Shown one piece after another: positions 1 through 14,543 of a stretch of 64,000 bases of DNA (position 1 is its first letter; every line of letters starts with the position of its first letter). The DNA comes from the human T2T-CHM13v2.0 reference genome, Homo sapiens, in the NCBI RefSeq assembly GCF_009914755.1, contig NC_060948.1, one strand, 5' to 3'. The translations under genes and the position numbers were made by a program. The notes below the pieces were generated by a model that did no database searches, was not told the DNA's origin, and saw nothing but the letters and a program-made list of their open reading frames with translations.

Positions 1-126
1 TTCCCTCTTGCTCTGAAACATGGCTCAGTCTGTCACTCTCCCTTATGCCTCTCAGTGGAATTCTTTCTTTTAAGGAGGCAAGAAGTGAGGATCTTTCAGA
101 CCTATGTGGATTCACCACTGCTAACA
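1..126 (+). mobile_element. 3' end of an ERV1-class LTR (MER83/MER84-like), cut by window edge
   Basis: Ends ...gaattctttctttaaggaggcaagaa...ggattcaccactgctAACA, typical of an ERV1 LTR U5 terminus; family from memory. Confidence 0.45.
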
Positions 127-722
127 TGAGGAGGTGGGCGGCTCACTCCAGGACTCATTTCCTAGAGGAAGAAGTAGGGGCTGGACTGCACTTCCCCAGC
201 CACAGCCCAGGAGGCTTTTCCAAGCATGTTGTTAAGGACTCCATTCCTCTTAACCTTTTCTAACCATTGCCCTTGACTCATTTGCTATGCTCTGCTTCCT
301 GTTTTCTTTCCTGAGAAAAGACATCAGCTAAATGCATTATGGACTAGAGCCTCTTCAGTCCTCACTCAGTTTTGGACTTCCCTCTTTTCTCTCCTCTCCT
401 GTTCCTCACACACCTCCACGGAGCTCCAATGGCAGTCCTGCAGCAAACCCAGGAGGGTCCCAGCACTGAAATGAAAAGTCACTTAGTCCTGGTGCTGAGC
501 TAACAAGCAATGGCACAGAACTTGTGCTGGCAGAGGGCTGCACATTTACATTTTATTTATTGAACCTGCTTGCTTTCTGCAGCTGCATTCTGTTGATGTC
601 TCTGAAGGACGATGAATGAAGTCAATGGTTTCAGATAATTCCAGGAGGACATGTCACTGTCTGAGCCCAAGGCATAGCCACTCCCAGTGGCTGTGTACCC
701 AGAGAGCCTCCCTACTATTTAC

Positions 723-832
723 TTGCAATCACTGTCTTTCTGAACAGGATGGGGTTGACCATGAGGACCAGCAGCAGGGGCAGGTACCTGGTAACACAGT
801 GGGGGATGGAGTGGTCCAGGCCCAGCTTACAC
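723..832 (-). pseudogene. GPR143P: Decayed GPR143 (OA1) exon 5 homolog, consistent with Y-linked GPR143P
   Basis: Minus strand: ttttcctctctcag|G TGT AAG CTG GGC...ATT GCA A|gtaaat, 110 nt. Translates (R)[36 protein letters not shown] versus recalled GPR143 [37 protein letters not shown]. Confidence 0.88.
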
Positions 833-1413
833 CTGAGAGAGGAAAACCAAATCATTCTTCTCAAAAACAAAGCTTTGGCCACTTACCTGGAAGCCAAGAT
901 AAGAGGATGAAAACAGAAAGGGAAATGCGTAAATCTGCTTCTGACTGCTCAAAGGAAATGAGAGTCATTTGTCATGTCTGGAACAAGCAGTTAATTGCAG
1001 GATAGTAAGGGAGATCAGCTATGTTTCTGTCTCAGAAATGGGATGTCCTCTAAGGTGTTCCAATGGAGAGAGCTTTTAAAGGTTCCTGCTGGGAAAAGGT
1101 GGAAAAGGAAATGACACTCTGGGATGGTGGATTCCCTCCACTGGGTCTCAGTGAAAAAACAAAGGCACTCCATTAAGTAGTTTGGTTTTGAGGGGTTACT
1201 ACATGGCTTTGGGCAATAACACAAATAAGATACAGTCACTGGGCTTGAACAACCCAAAATATATCAGCTATGTATTTCAGAGAAAATGTATTCTCATGGT
1301 TATGGATAACAATAGTTTCAGAGATTCTTGTCAGGGAAGAGGACAATGATTTCTACTGATGGCTCATAGGAGTCACTGGTCATCACAGAACATGCTGGAG
1401 GGCCTCACAATCA

Positions 1414-1909
1414 TGTTATTATTATAAAGTTTCGGTGCTGCAAAAGAAATAGCACTCAAATATAAGATTTTCTTTTTAATTCTCAGCAAGGCAAGGTACT
1501 TCTATAGAAGGGTGCACCCTTACAGATGGAGCAATGGTGAGCGCACACCTGGAAAAGGGAGGGGAAGGGGTTCTTATCCCTGAGGCCCATAGCCTCCTGC
1601 CGTGTCGTTTCCCTCTTGGCTAGGGTTAGACCGCACAGGTTAAACTAGTTCTGATTGACTAATTTAAAGAGAATGATGGGATGAGTGGTTTGGCGGGAAA
1701 AATGTCTATGAAATTAGTCAGGGTGGAGCAGGTAATCAGAATGAGTCAGGATGGAGAATGAGTTAGGGTGGAGAATGAGTCAGGGTGGAGCAGGTAATTG
1801 GAAAAGGTTGCATTACATGGAAGTTAAGTTCAAAAGTAGAAGGCAAAGAATTAAACACATTGACATATTCTTTGAAGATAAATTTAGAATTCAGAATTCG
1901 TATTTAACA
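1414..1909 (-). mobile_element. LTR10F-like LTR (HERV-I group), minus strand
   Basis: Reverse complement starts TGTTAAAT and ends TAACA; aligns end to end with the LTR at 4413-4944; TGAGTCA at 1742 and 1776. Confidence 0.88.
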
Positions 1910-4412
1910 TTACCAAGGTAACAACCGTTAGCTGTGAAATGCTTAAGGTAGGAGAGAAACAAAATGGCACAGAGGAAAAGAGAACTGAAAGGTAAAGGGG
2001 TAGGATAAAAATAGGTGCTAAAGGAAATTTCTCAGTAAGAAGGCACCAAGGACTATAAAGCCCACTGCTGACGTCCCCACATTTAAAACAAAAGGTCAAT
2101 TTCTTAGAAATTACATACTTAGTTTATCTTCCACTTTCCTTTTCCTGAAAACTAAAGTCTTTTAGCACAGGTACCACTCCTAGAATTTCTGGTAAACCAG
2201 CACCAGCCTGAGGATCACATTCTCATCAAAGGGTGGAAAGAAGGAAAACCCCAGCCAGCCTGGGAAGGAATCTACTTTGTGCTGCTAACCACGGAGACTC
2301 CTGTTCATACAGTGGAAGGGGATGGATTCATCACACCCGAGTCAAGAAAGCGCCACCCCCTCCAGAGTCGTGGGGTGTAGTCCCAGGGGAAAACCCTACC
2401 AAACTAAAGCTAAGAAAAATTTAACTCTTTCATCTATTCTATTTCTCTTTCTTCTTTGCTCTATTGCTGACCTAGTTATTAACATAACCTAGTCAATTTT
2501 GCCTCAAACTATTGCATTTAATGCTTGCCTTGTTATACCCTTGGGGACTTGCCAAGTCAGAGACAGCTCTCTACTTCAGAAAGGTATCTCTGTCCCTCCT
2601 GACTCTCCTCAGACCGAGCATTAGTGTATTGGGACCATTTAATCCAGAGAGATTTCAGTAAAGGCCTCAGTGTCAGCCAGGAGTCTTGCTCCCCCATGTA
2701 GAGCTTTTATGCCATAGTTGGTCCAATGATCTGTGGACCATTAAAGAGCAAGAATGGACTGCCCCAACCAGTTTTTGTAATTTCCTAAAACCATACATTC
2801 ATTTTACTAGAGGAACAGCCCTCCCTAACCGTCAGCTAAACCAGTGTAATTCTATACAGGTTATTATCTCAAACCCTCAAAGTTCTTCCCCATTCCTAAG
2901 CCGGTTCCCTTCTTTAAGCTGGTTTTATGGTATGGGGGCTGAGATTCCAAGGGCAGACCTCGTTAGATTCTTTGAAATATGTTACTTTGATCCCCCACCA
3001 CCTGAACCTTTCTCTAAGCCTTCTTTCAAAACCCCTCGTGATAGAAAAATTGCTCCTCCTCCATCTAATGACAAGACCAAGATAGCTATCATAAAATTTA
3101 CAGACTTAAACTTTGGCAATTAAGACAGGATACCAAGATGCAAATGCCTAGTTGGGATGGATCCAATATTCCTTCTGCATGTTAAACAACAGCAATTGTT
3201 ATGCTTGGGTGAATGGCAGGCCAGAGGCCCAGATTGTCCCCTTTCCCCTAGGGTGGTCCTCCAGTTGACTGGGTGTGGGCTGTATGGTAGCTCTTTTCCT
3301 GGATTCTACAGCCTGGAGTAATAAGTCATGCCAAGCTCTCTCTCACTGTATCCTGAAGTCTGGCACCCTGCAGGTCAGCCCCCAAGGGCCAACAAGCCTC
3401 CGTCTCCCAACACTAAGTTCATTTCGTGTCTCTCAGACAGGGAGGAAACTTTGTGTTACTTGGAGACCTGAAGGAATGCAGTGAGCTTAAGAATTTTCAA
3501 GAGCTTATCAATCAGTCAGCCCTTGTTCGTCCCTGAGCAGATGTTTGGTGGTATTGTAGTGGATTTTTACTGGACACTCTGCCAAATAACTAGATTGGCA
3601 CTTGTGCTTTAGTCCAGTTGGCTATCCCTTTCACCCTGGCATTTCATCAACAAGAGGAAGGAAAGAATAAGACACTGTAAAGTGAGAGAAGCCCCTTATG
3701 GGTCCTTCGACTCTCATATCTATTTAGACACAATTAGGGTCCCATGGGGAATACCAGTCAATTTAAAGCCTGAAATCAAATAGCTGCAGGATTTGAGTCA
3801 ATATTTTGCTAAGCGACAATTAATAAAAATATAGATTGGATAGACTACATCTACTACAAACCAACAGCGATTTATTAACTACACTAGAGATGCTGTTAAG
3901 GGAATAACTGAGCAATTAAGGGGTAATAGCCAGATGGCTTGGGAAAATAGGATAGCCTTAGACATGACATTAGCAGAAAGAGGAGGAGTTTTCATCATGA
4001 TTAAAACTCAGTGTTGCACCTTCATCCCAAACAACATGGTCCCTCATGGAAGTATAACAAAGGCATTGCAAGGTCTAACTGCTCTGTCCAATGTGTTTGC
4101 CAAAAACTCAGGGGTAATTGACCCCTTTACAGAATGACTACAATAGTGATTCGGTACATGGAAAAAGGTAATATCCTTAATTCTTACTTCCCTCACAACC
4201 GTAATGGGTATACTTATTCTTGTCGGGTGCCGTGTCATATCATGCATCCATGGATTGGTGCAGAGGCTCAACACTTACTAAAACCTCCCCTAACTATCCT
4301 CTGCCTTATCCAGAGAAGCTGCTTCTTTTGGAAAACCAAGCAAAACAACTAAGCCAAGACATATTAAAAAGTTTGAAATGAAAGAGCTGTAAGGAAATGC
4401 AAAAGGAGGGAT
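1910..4412 (+). mobile_element. HERVIP10F/FH-type internal remnant: integrase C-terminus and broken env
   Basis: Integrase tail (GWIHHTRVKKAPPPPESW, ~2200-2420); env fragments; polypurine tract aaaaggaggg at 4401-4410 just before the LTR. Confidence 0.85.
3934..4137 (+). pseudogene. ERV env TM fragment (immunosuppressive domain and decayed CX6CC)
   Basis: ORF MAWENRIALDMTLAERGGVFIMIKTQCCTFIP: first Cys of CX6CC lost (F); flanked by stops and frameshifts. Confidence 0.85.
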
Positions 4413-4944
4413 TGTTAGATACAAGTTCTAAATTTCTTTTCAAGGAATCAGTATGTCAGTAGGTTCAATTCTTTGTCTTCTATTTTTAAACTTAACTTCC
4501 TCATAAAGCCACCTTTGTCGATTAGCTGTTCCACTCTGACTCATTTCAATCACCTGCTCCACCCTGACTCATTCCAATTACCTGCTCCACCCTGACTCAT
4601 TCCGATTACCTGCTCCACCCTGACTCAATCCAATTACCTGCTCTGTTATAACCATTTTTTCCCACCAAACCACTCACCCCATCACTGTCTTGAAATTAGC
4701 CAATGAGGATTAGTTTAGTCTGTGTGGTCTAACCCTAGCTAATAGGGGAACAACACAGCAGCAGGGGCCACGGGCATCAGGGATAAGAACCCCTTGCCCT
4801 CCCTTGTCCAGGTGTGTGCTCACCACTGCTCCATCTGTAAGGGCCCATTCTTCTATAGAAGTACCTTGCCTTGCTGAGAATTAAAAAGAAAATTTTATAT
4901 TCAAGTGCTATTTCTTTTGCGGCACTTGAACTTTATTTACAACA
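4413..4944 (+). mobile_element. LTR10F-like 3' LTR with a 28-bp AP-1 tandem array
   Basis: TGTTAGAT...AACA; TGACTCA at 4537, 4565, 4593 and 4621; ATTAAA near the 3' end. Confidence 0.88.
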
Positions 4945-4949
4945 TACAC

Positions 4950-5175
4950 CATGGGTCAGCAAACTTTTTTTGTAAAGGAACATATAGTAAATATTTTTAG
5001 CATCATGGGCCACACTGTGGTCTCCGTTGCAACTACCACTCGACTCTAATGTAGTGCAAAAGCAGCCACAGGCAGTACATAAAGAAATGGATGTGTCTGT
5101 AATCCAATAAGACTTTATTTACAAAAACAGATGCGGCCCAGATTTGTCCTGAGGGCTGCCCTGTGCTGATCCCTG
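4950..5175 (+). mobile_element. MER58A-like hAT-Charlie MITE
   Basis: Termini catgggtcagcaaact...tgtgctgatccctg; internal ccaataagactttatttacaaaaacag. Confidence 0.75.
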
Positions 5176-5774
5176 TTATAAAATCACAGATAAAGACACT
5201 GTTCATTTCTGTTTACCAGTTTTGCACCGCAAGTTACAGTACATATCCCTGGAAAGACCTTGGCTTTGCAACTAAGGGTTGCACAGATAGGAATGTAAAT
5301 TTGAGGAAATGCCTGAGACAGTTCCAGCGGTTACATCCCCCTGTATCTGTTGTTTGGGACAGTTTCAGTGGCCACATCTCCCTCTGTGTGCACGAGGAAA
5401 GAGAAGTGTGAAAGCATAGGAAGGAGAGCTGGAGAAGGAGCTCTTCCCAAGGCCCCCTTTGGCTTCTTCCACATTATCCTACACTCATTCTTAGAATGTT
5501 AAGCTCACCTGATCATTCAGAGGAAGCTTGAAGAACAAAAATTTAAAAGTGCACCAATACGGGTGTTGGGAATACACCAAAAATTCTGCATGCAGACTTA
5601 CATGGAAGAAGATATGCTGAAAGCTTTGTATGCATGCTTGTGTGCACAGGCACCTATGCACACAAATGAGAAAAGCAGAAGCAGGGAGAATGACCACAGG
5701 GTGCAAGCTATTAGAGTCCAGGTTTTACCATGTCACCTAGGCTGCAGTGCACAACATAGCTGCATTTCCCATCA

Positions 5775-6247
5775 ATGTTTATGTGTGGACACTAACATTT
5801 AAGTTTCATGTATATTCACATGACAGGAAAAACTTTTTTTTTAAATTTTGATTTCTAAAAACACTTTAAGGCTGGGTAAGGTGGTTCAGACCTGTAATCC
5901 CAGCACTTTAAGATGCCGAGGTGGGAAGATCTCCTGAGCCCAGGAGTTGGAGACTAGCCTAGCAACACAGTGATATCTTATCTTTACAAAAACTTAAAAA
6001 ATTAGCCACGTTTGGTGGTGTGCACTTGTAGTCTCAGCCCAGGAGGTCGAGGCTGAAGTGAAAATACAATCCCAGCCTGGACAACAGAATGAGACCCTAT
6101 CTTTAAAAAAACAAAAACAAAAACAAACAAACAAAAAAAAAACAAACAAAAACAAAGAACAAAAGTAAGATGTAAAATCATTCTTAGCTTGTGGATTCTA
6201 GAATACTGGCAGGATTTGGGTCATAGGCTGCAGTTTGTGCACTTGTG
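5775..6247 (+). mobile_element. MER58B-like 3' half interrupted by an AluJ (5870-6165, +, internally deleted)
   Basis: ggacactaacatttaagtttcat... resumes after the Alu as atgtaaaatcattcttagc...ctgcagtttg. Confidence 0.65.
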
Positions 6248-6360
6248 ATGGAAAAACCAAACCCAAAAAGCCCGGATAGGGAAGGGATTTAATGTCACAA
6301 AACATGGTGGAGGAGAACACACAGTGCAAAATACAAAAGAATCCATGCACGTGTGCACCC

Positions 6361-6394
6361 AGAGTGGACTCCATCTCAAAAAAAAAAAAAAAAA
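6361..6394 (+). mobile_element. Isolated Alu 3' terminus with poly(A)
   Basis: agagtggactccatctc followed by an A run; no Alu body upstream. Confidence 0.6.
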
Positions 6395-7301
6395 TCCCCC
6401 CCAAAATTCTTAAGAAGACTTTCTTTCCAGAAGAACATCGACATCCCTCACCACCAACCCATGTATTAAAAGCACACATACTTAACTGAGTTTTTAAAAG
6501 GAGCCTCAGTCAAATTGTAATACTTGAAACAATTTATTCACCGTTTCCAACAGTGACACAGTTTCCAGTTTCCTGGAGGGTCAGAAACACTTGGAAACTA
6601 AATGATGAATTAACTGGCATGTGTCTACTCTGAGCCCTAGGAGGGCCCATAGGAGACGCCCTCTGCTCGTTGGCTGTCCAACACCCATGACCATGAATGT
6701 ATACCCTTGTGTCTGGAGGGCATTCATATTAGCCTATACAATCATGCCACACGTGCATTTGCTACCCCATGGTCATCATATGGGCTTAGAGAAATAGAAC
6801 TTATAAGAATCATCAAATACAGTCATCAAGTTGCTCAACCACCTTGAACTATAAGTGGTTCTGTGAAGTGTGACTCTCTTAACCATCTGCCCTGAATGCC
6901 AGACTCCAGTGAGGCACAACCGTGCAATAAGGCATAACTATGCAAAGGTATCCCAGTGGTAGAGATACTTAGTGTTTTCGTTACTAGTGATAAGGTACAC
7001 AGTTTTGTTACTAAAGGGCTGACAAGACCCACCCACTTTTACTTCTAATGCGACTTCTATGAGGAGGTAAGAAAGCCAATGCCAACAAGTCCCCTCATGT
7101 AACTTGGTTTGTGTATGTAGTCAGGCAGGGGATCAAGCGTTCTTTTTGAAGACTATGCCTCTTAGCAGCACACCTGATTGACAGTCACTGAGAATACTTC
7201 AGAGGCTCAGGGTGAGAAGAGATGGACAGCGATGGGGGATGGGAAACTAGACTCCCACTCTGTCTTCAGGCAGCAGATGGCTCATTAAAACTACCGGAAA
7301 T

Positions 7302-7927
<626 letters not shown>

Positions 7928-9874
7928 TCATGACATACCTCCTCCAAAATAGCTGAACACCTAACAACACCAAACACGCTTTTTAAAAAGTCAAAGTAAA
8001 TTAACTTTTCCCCTGAAAATGTAGGGAATAAAGAAAGTTTCCCAAACTCAAACTCAGACAACTCGGGTAGATATCTAAGACGAATGCTCGTGTCAAACAT
8101 CTGTATTTATAACTTCGTTGGAACTGTTACAGTAGGTTATATGAATTAGTGGAGGACAAGACTGTTTTAAATGCCTTCTTTTCATACATAGCATTTAACA
8201 TTAAGTATTTAATGTAATTTGTTTGACAAATTTTTCTTACCTTTTTAATTGTTGATGTGGAATGTAAGAATGCTTGTAATAATGCTGAAGCCAGAGGGAT
8301 GGCTTTCCTTTCATACACGTGGAAATTTAATTCTTTGGGGGATATTGGAAGACACTGGATGAGAAACAGTTCTATTCATTCCTTTTAGTGTACACAGATT
8401 AAGTCAAATACATACAACATTTTAGGGAGTAGGAACTGTTGAACTATTTGTTGAGTAAATAGTATGTATTTTCAAACACAGTTAAGTTTTTTCTAATTTG
8501 AGGCCATATCACTGACTATCTTATCCCTTCAATGGAAGCCATGTTACATAGTCTGTTGTTAAATGGGTCACTACCCAGTGAAAAAATATATTTCATGACA
8601 TAAGACTGCCAATCTTTTTTGGTCTTTGCTCCATCTTGACCTTAAGATGTTCATCAACCCATTTTATCCAAGCAAAGTACATTAGACTGTTGGACCTGCT
8701 AAAATAATATTTCACTGAAATCTGGCATTAAAAAATTTAAGTGGGTATTTGGAGCTCCATGTAATGATTACAGTTTTTTTTCAATTTGAAATAAATAAGC
8801 GTCCTTTGAATACTAAAAGCTGTTTCCTTTTGACATTTAATTAACCCTGTTTAAAACGTGAGATGTAAAGTGGTGGTTTGCTAGTGGACTAGACTTTTTC
8901 TTTTAGGCTGCCAAGGGCTTTGAAGAGGATTATCACAAAGTTTTGTGTCAGAAACTGTAAGTAGTGCATATTTAATCTTAAAAACTCAGGATTGATGTAA
9001 GCACTGGAATACTTTATTTGCAGAAATGTGTATCACATTACTTAATTTTTTTTTGAAACAGCTGTAGGAAGAGTTAGCACTTATTCAGTTGTCTCTTCAA
9101 CCTCTGTTATTCTGATGACCGAAGAAATAACTTGAACCTACTTTCTATGATACAAGCATAACTTGAGCTACACTAAACCATGACAATGTTTTGATAATTC
9201 TGTAATCAGTATATATCATCTATTATTTGTCTGTTAGTTAAGTGCCAGACCTCATTTCTGTGATCTGTTAAACATTAAATATAATTTAGTTTTAGGTTTA
9301 GCCTGTGAACCTTCATCAGTTCCAAAAATGTAGAAAATACAGTCATGGAAAAGTACATTTTTCTCTAATAAAAAAAGATAAAAGAGTGATGCCTCTTAAA
9401 ATGTGTCTGTACATTGTCTTTAAAAAATCCAGATTTCGATGAGAAATGAATATTCATGTCATTGTAGTCATGAGTTAGGAGGAACCATGATATTCTGTGA
9501 CATGGAACAAGTTTGTGCTCTATTTCATTACTGTCTTCTATTACAACACTTTAGCCTTTTCCAATGTGTGCCAAAACACACAGCTTTTAATCAGCTTAGT
9601 CAGAGTAACATTAAATGTAATCAGGGTGGCTAACACACTATGTTAGCAAAAGCAGAGCAAATCTGACAACTCTAATTAAAAAACAGATTTTTTTTTCTCC
9701 CAGATGAATCCTGTAGAAAATTCTTACAAGACAATCTCATTATGCTGGTTTGTGCATTATGCTGGACCTTTAGTGTCTGTTTTGGGATGTGTGTGTGTAT
9801 GTGTTATGCTGAACCTTAATTTAGTGTCTCTTCTCCAAGATCTGTCACTTCTGCTGCTCAAAACAACTGAGCTG

Positions 9875-11300
<1,426 letters not shown>

Positions 11301-12239
11301 TGTGTGTGTTATGCTGAACCTTGATTTAGTGTCTCTTCTCCAAGATCTGTTACTCCTGCTGCTCAGAACAATTGAGCTCTTGTGTAGGGTGTGTGTGTGT
11401 GTGTGTGTGCATGCACGCGCGCACGTGTTGGCTATGCTGAACCTTGATTTAGAAGGTAACAGACCTTCTCCAAGATCTGTTACTCCTGCTGCTCAAAACA
11501 ATTGAGATGAGCCTAATCCCTACAAAGTTGAAGATTATGGTCAAAGCAAGTCTATTTGTGGTTCTGTAGAGAAGAACTGGCTACCAAACCACTGTAAGAA
11601 AAGGAAAATAATGACTCACTAACAAAGCCATCCAGTACTTTCATGGAAAACACTTTGAGTAAAATATAGCTCTCTAACTTATCTAGTATGGAATCAATCT
11701 GTCTTGCACTTTGGGAAAAAACAAACTGCCATTTATTAAGTTTCCAATAATGCAATCCTATGATTCAAATCTCTTGTCAACAGCACATAGCAGTAACAAT
11801 TTATGGCTTGGTGATTTATTATTTTGCAAATTACAGATACATAATCCATTGAGATGTGAAAACGCCAGGCTTTCTACATTTCCCTACCATGATGAAGTGA
11901 CTAACTGTCACAGAATACATATTGGAAAACAGTGTGATATAAGGTTGCTGGAAGATCTAGCAGTTTTAGCTTGTCTGGTGAAAATGAAATCTACAGAGAT
12001 AACAGAAAGAAAATATAATGGTGGCTTCAAGTAAATACTTGGCTTCCTCTCTCTTCATTATCAGATAGATCATGCAGCCCTTCCCTCCGGACACTTAGAG
12101 GATCCAATTAGCACCCATTAGGTTGGTGTTTCCACAATGGTCTGAAGCCACAAGGAAGCCATAGCCACCAGTTGCCTGCGGAGTGGTGGTAGTATCATCC
12201 TATGATCTGACAGACTTTCAACTCCTGAGAGACTCAGCT

Positions 12240-13130
12240 ATACTTTGAAAATGTATCCTCAATCAGACCCTTGCCACCACCTCCATCCTTCACTTAGATA
12301 CTGAAGTGACTTCCCAACTGGTCCCTGAGTCTGTCCCTATACCTGTTTATTCCTCACACAGTGTCTTAGTCCATGCATGCTGCTAATACTTTTGACTGGG
12401 TTAATTTATAAATAACAGAAATTTATTGTTCACAGTAGTGATAGACTAGAAATACAAGATCAAGGCACAAGCAGACTCAATGCTTCCTGAGAACTACATT
12501 TCTGCTTCCAAGATGTCATATTCTTTCTGTGACCTCATATGGCGAAAAGGGCAAATACACTCCCTTCAATCTCTTTTATAAAGCTACTAATACCATTCAT
12601 AAGGGTGGAACCCTCAAGACATAATCCCTTCCCAAAGTCTCTGTCTTCTGATGCCATCACATGGGGAATTTCGTTTCAATATACACATTTTGGCGAGATA
12701 CTAACATTCAGATCATAGCATACAGTAGAGCATTCAAAGAGATAAGTGAAAGAGCAGGTCACTCTTCTATTCAAAGCCTGCCAGGGGCATCCTGCCTTTC
12801 TCAGAACAAAAGGCAAGTCTTTGCAATGGTGGACAAGAAGCCAAGTGACTGGTCTATCCCCTTAACCCCATCTTCAACCTTCTGTCTTAGAGTGTTCATC
12901 CTTCTCTCTTAGAATGTGCATCCTTGATATCTTGCCTTCAGCTGTGCTCTCACCTCACTGTTTCTTAAGTATGCAAATCTCACTCCTGCCTCAGACTTTT
13001 CTCTTTGTCTTTCTGCCTAGAGCACTCACCCTTCCAGATAACCACTTGATTCACTCCCTCAACTTCTCCCAGGTCTAGGCTCAAATGTCATTTGATAGAA
13101 GGGAATCCCTGGCTGCACCCTATTAAGGAG
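12240..13130 (+). mobile_element. L2 3' fragment interrupted by MLT1A
   Basis: L2-like ctgcctagagcactcacccttccagata...ctccctc...ggctcaaatgtca. Confidence 0.55.
12362..12720 (-). mobile_element. MLT1A/MLT1A0 MaLR solo LTR
   Basis: tgtcttagtcc...aacattcagatcatagca; TSD cacag/tacag. Confidence 0.8.
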
Positions 13131-13554
13131 ACTCCTCTTCTCTACAAAAGTTGCTGCCTCTTACCTGTTGCAATTTTTCTCCTTGGTTCTCTTCACTTCC
13201 TCTGTGTCTGGGTGTTGTGTTTGTGTGTGTATGCACGTGCACATGTGTCCCCTTCCTGTTGCATCTTTCTTCATGGCAATTTTACAGAACACTTCAACTA
13301 CCATCTCCAAGTGTTGGACTATGCCACCGTAATAAGTGCAAGCTGAATCTCTTCAAAACAACACAGCACAGACTCATTGAATTTACTGATAATATAAGGA
13401 CACTGTTATTTACCTCCTCAAATTTTTTTGCCAGTTTCACAAAATTGTATTTTTGAAATGCTCAGGAAGTATTTGTCATATAAGTGGCCATTAAGATTTT
13501 ATTATTCAGCATTACCAAAGGCATTCAGTGTACTTCTCTTAACATCTAGTAATA

Positions 13555-13730
13555 GGTCAGGCACAGTGGCTCATGCCTGTAATGCCAGCACTTTGGGGAG
13601 GCTGAGGTAGGAGGATAACCTGAACCTGGGAGGCAGAGGCTGCAGTGAGCTGAGATCACACCACTGCATTCCAGCTTGTGCAACAGAGTGAGACCCTGTC
13701 TCAAAAATAAAAACAAAAAACCCAAATGCA
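13555..13730 (+). mobile_element. Alu monomer (FRAM-like or collapsed dimer)
   Basis: Alu head runs directly into right-arm sequence and an A tail. Confidence 0.75.
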
Positions 13731-14543
13731 AATTAAAATTCCAAAACACACAGATCAATGGATTAAAGTGCCATGCCAAATGCTCTGTATGAAATGTCAA
13801 AAAGGAGAGGGCTTCAGGTGGCTTGGATTCAACAGCACCATGTGACCAAGCACAGCAAAGTGATAGGTCTCACTGGATTTGTCATCATTCACTCAGTTTT
13901 CATCATTTTTAACTCTACTGCGCAATATATTAACATGGGCTAAGCAATTCTAACCATGCAGACAATGTGTAGGTCTTTCCTCAGTGGATGGGCACCACAA
14001 AATAAGCTTGACCAAGTCGCAAAATTGGGGCTGGAGTCAGCTGAACCAAGCAATGCCTATTCCTCTCCCTCTGTTCTCTTTAGAGCCAACAGTTCACCCT
14101 GACTTTTACTCTACTGTGTGTTGAATCTCCCTCAGTTAGGACCACAGCTCCGAGGCTGCAAACACCTGTTGAGCATGAATTCCAAGCTCACTATCCCATG
14201 GGTGACAAGCAACATTGTGACCTGCCTCCCATTGTCAATTGGTGCCATTATCACAGTGACTCCCTACACACCAGGACCACCATGTCACTGTGCCATTCAG
14301 GAACCCCAGGGGCCACCAATATGGCCATCCCAGGATGCTGGCCTATCAGGATCCCAGGGCATGGCCCCAAGCACCAGCTTCATTACCTCTGCAGCCGGCT
14401 CAGTGCCCATGCTTTTGCAAAAACAGGTTTATAGGGGCGCTGACAAATACTGACTACCTGCAAAATGCAAACACTGGTTTGAAAAAGGCCTGTCTGTAGT
14501 GGAAATCCTGTACTTCACACATACTCTGTTTAAAAAAAAATAG

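Noticed and set aside
616-1005. 129-aa plus-strand ORF
   Set aside because: Antisense shadow of the GPR143 exon with no recognisable domain.
2430-4400. Co-opted syncytin-like env
   Set aside because: Multiple stops and frameshifts; CX6CC motif broken.
9108-9185. C/D-box snoRNA-like stretch (ctgatga...)
   Set aside because: Imperfect C box, no CTGA D box, and no terminal stem.
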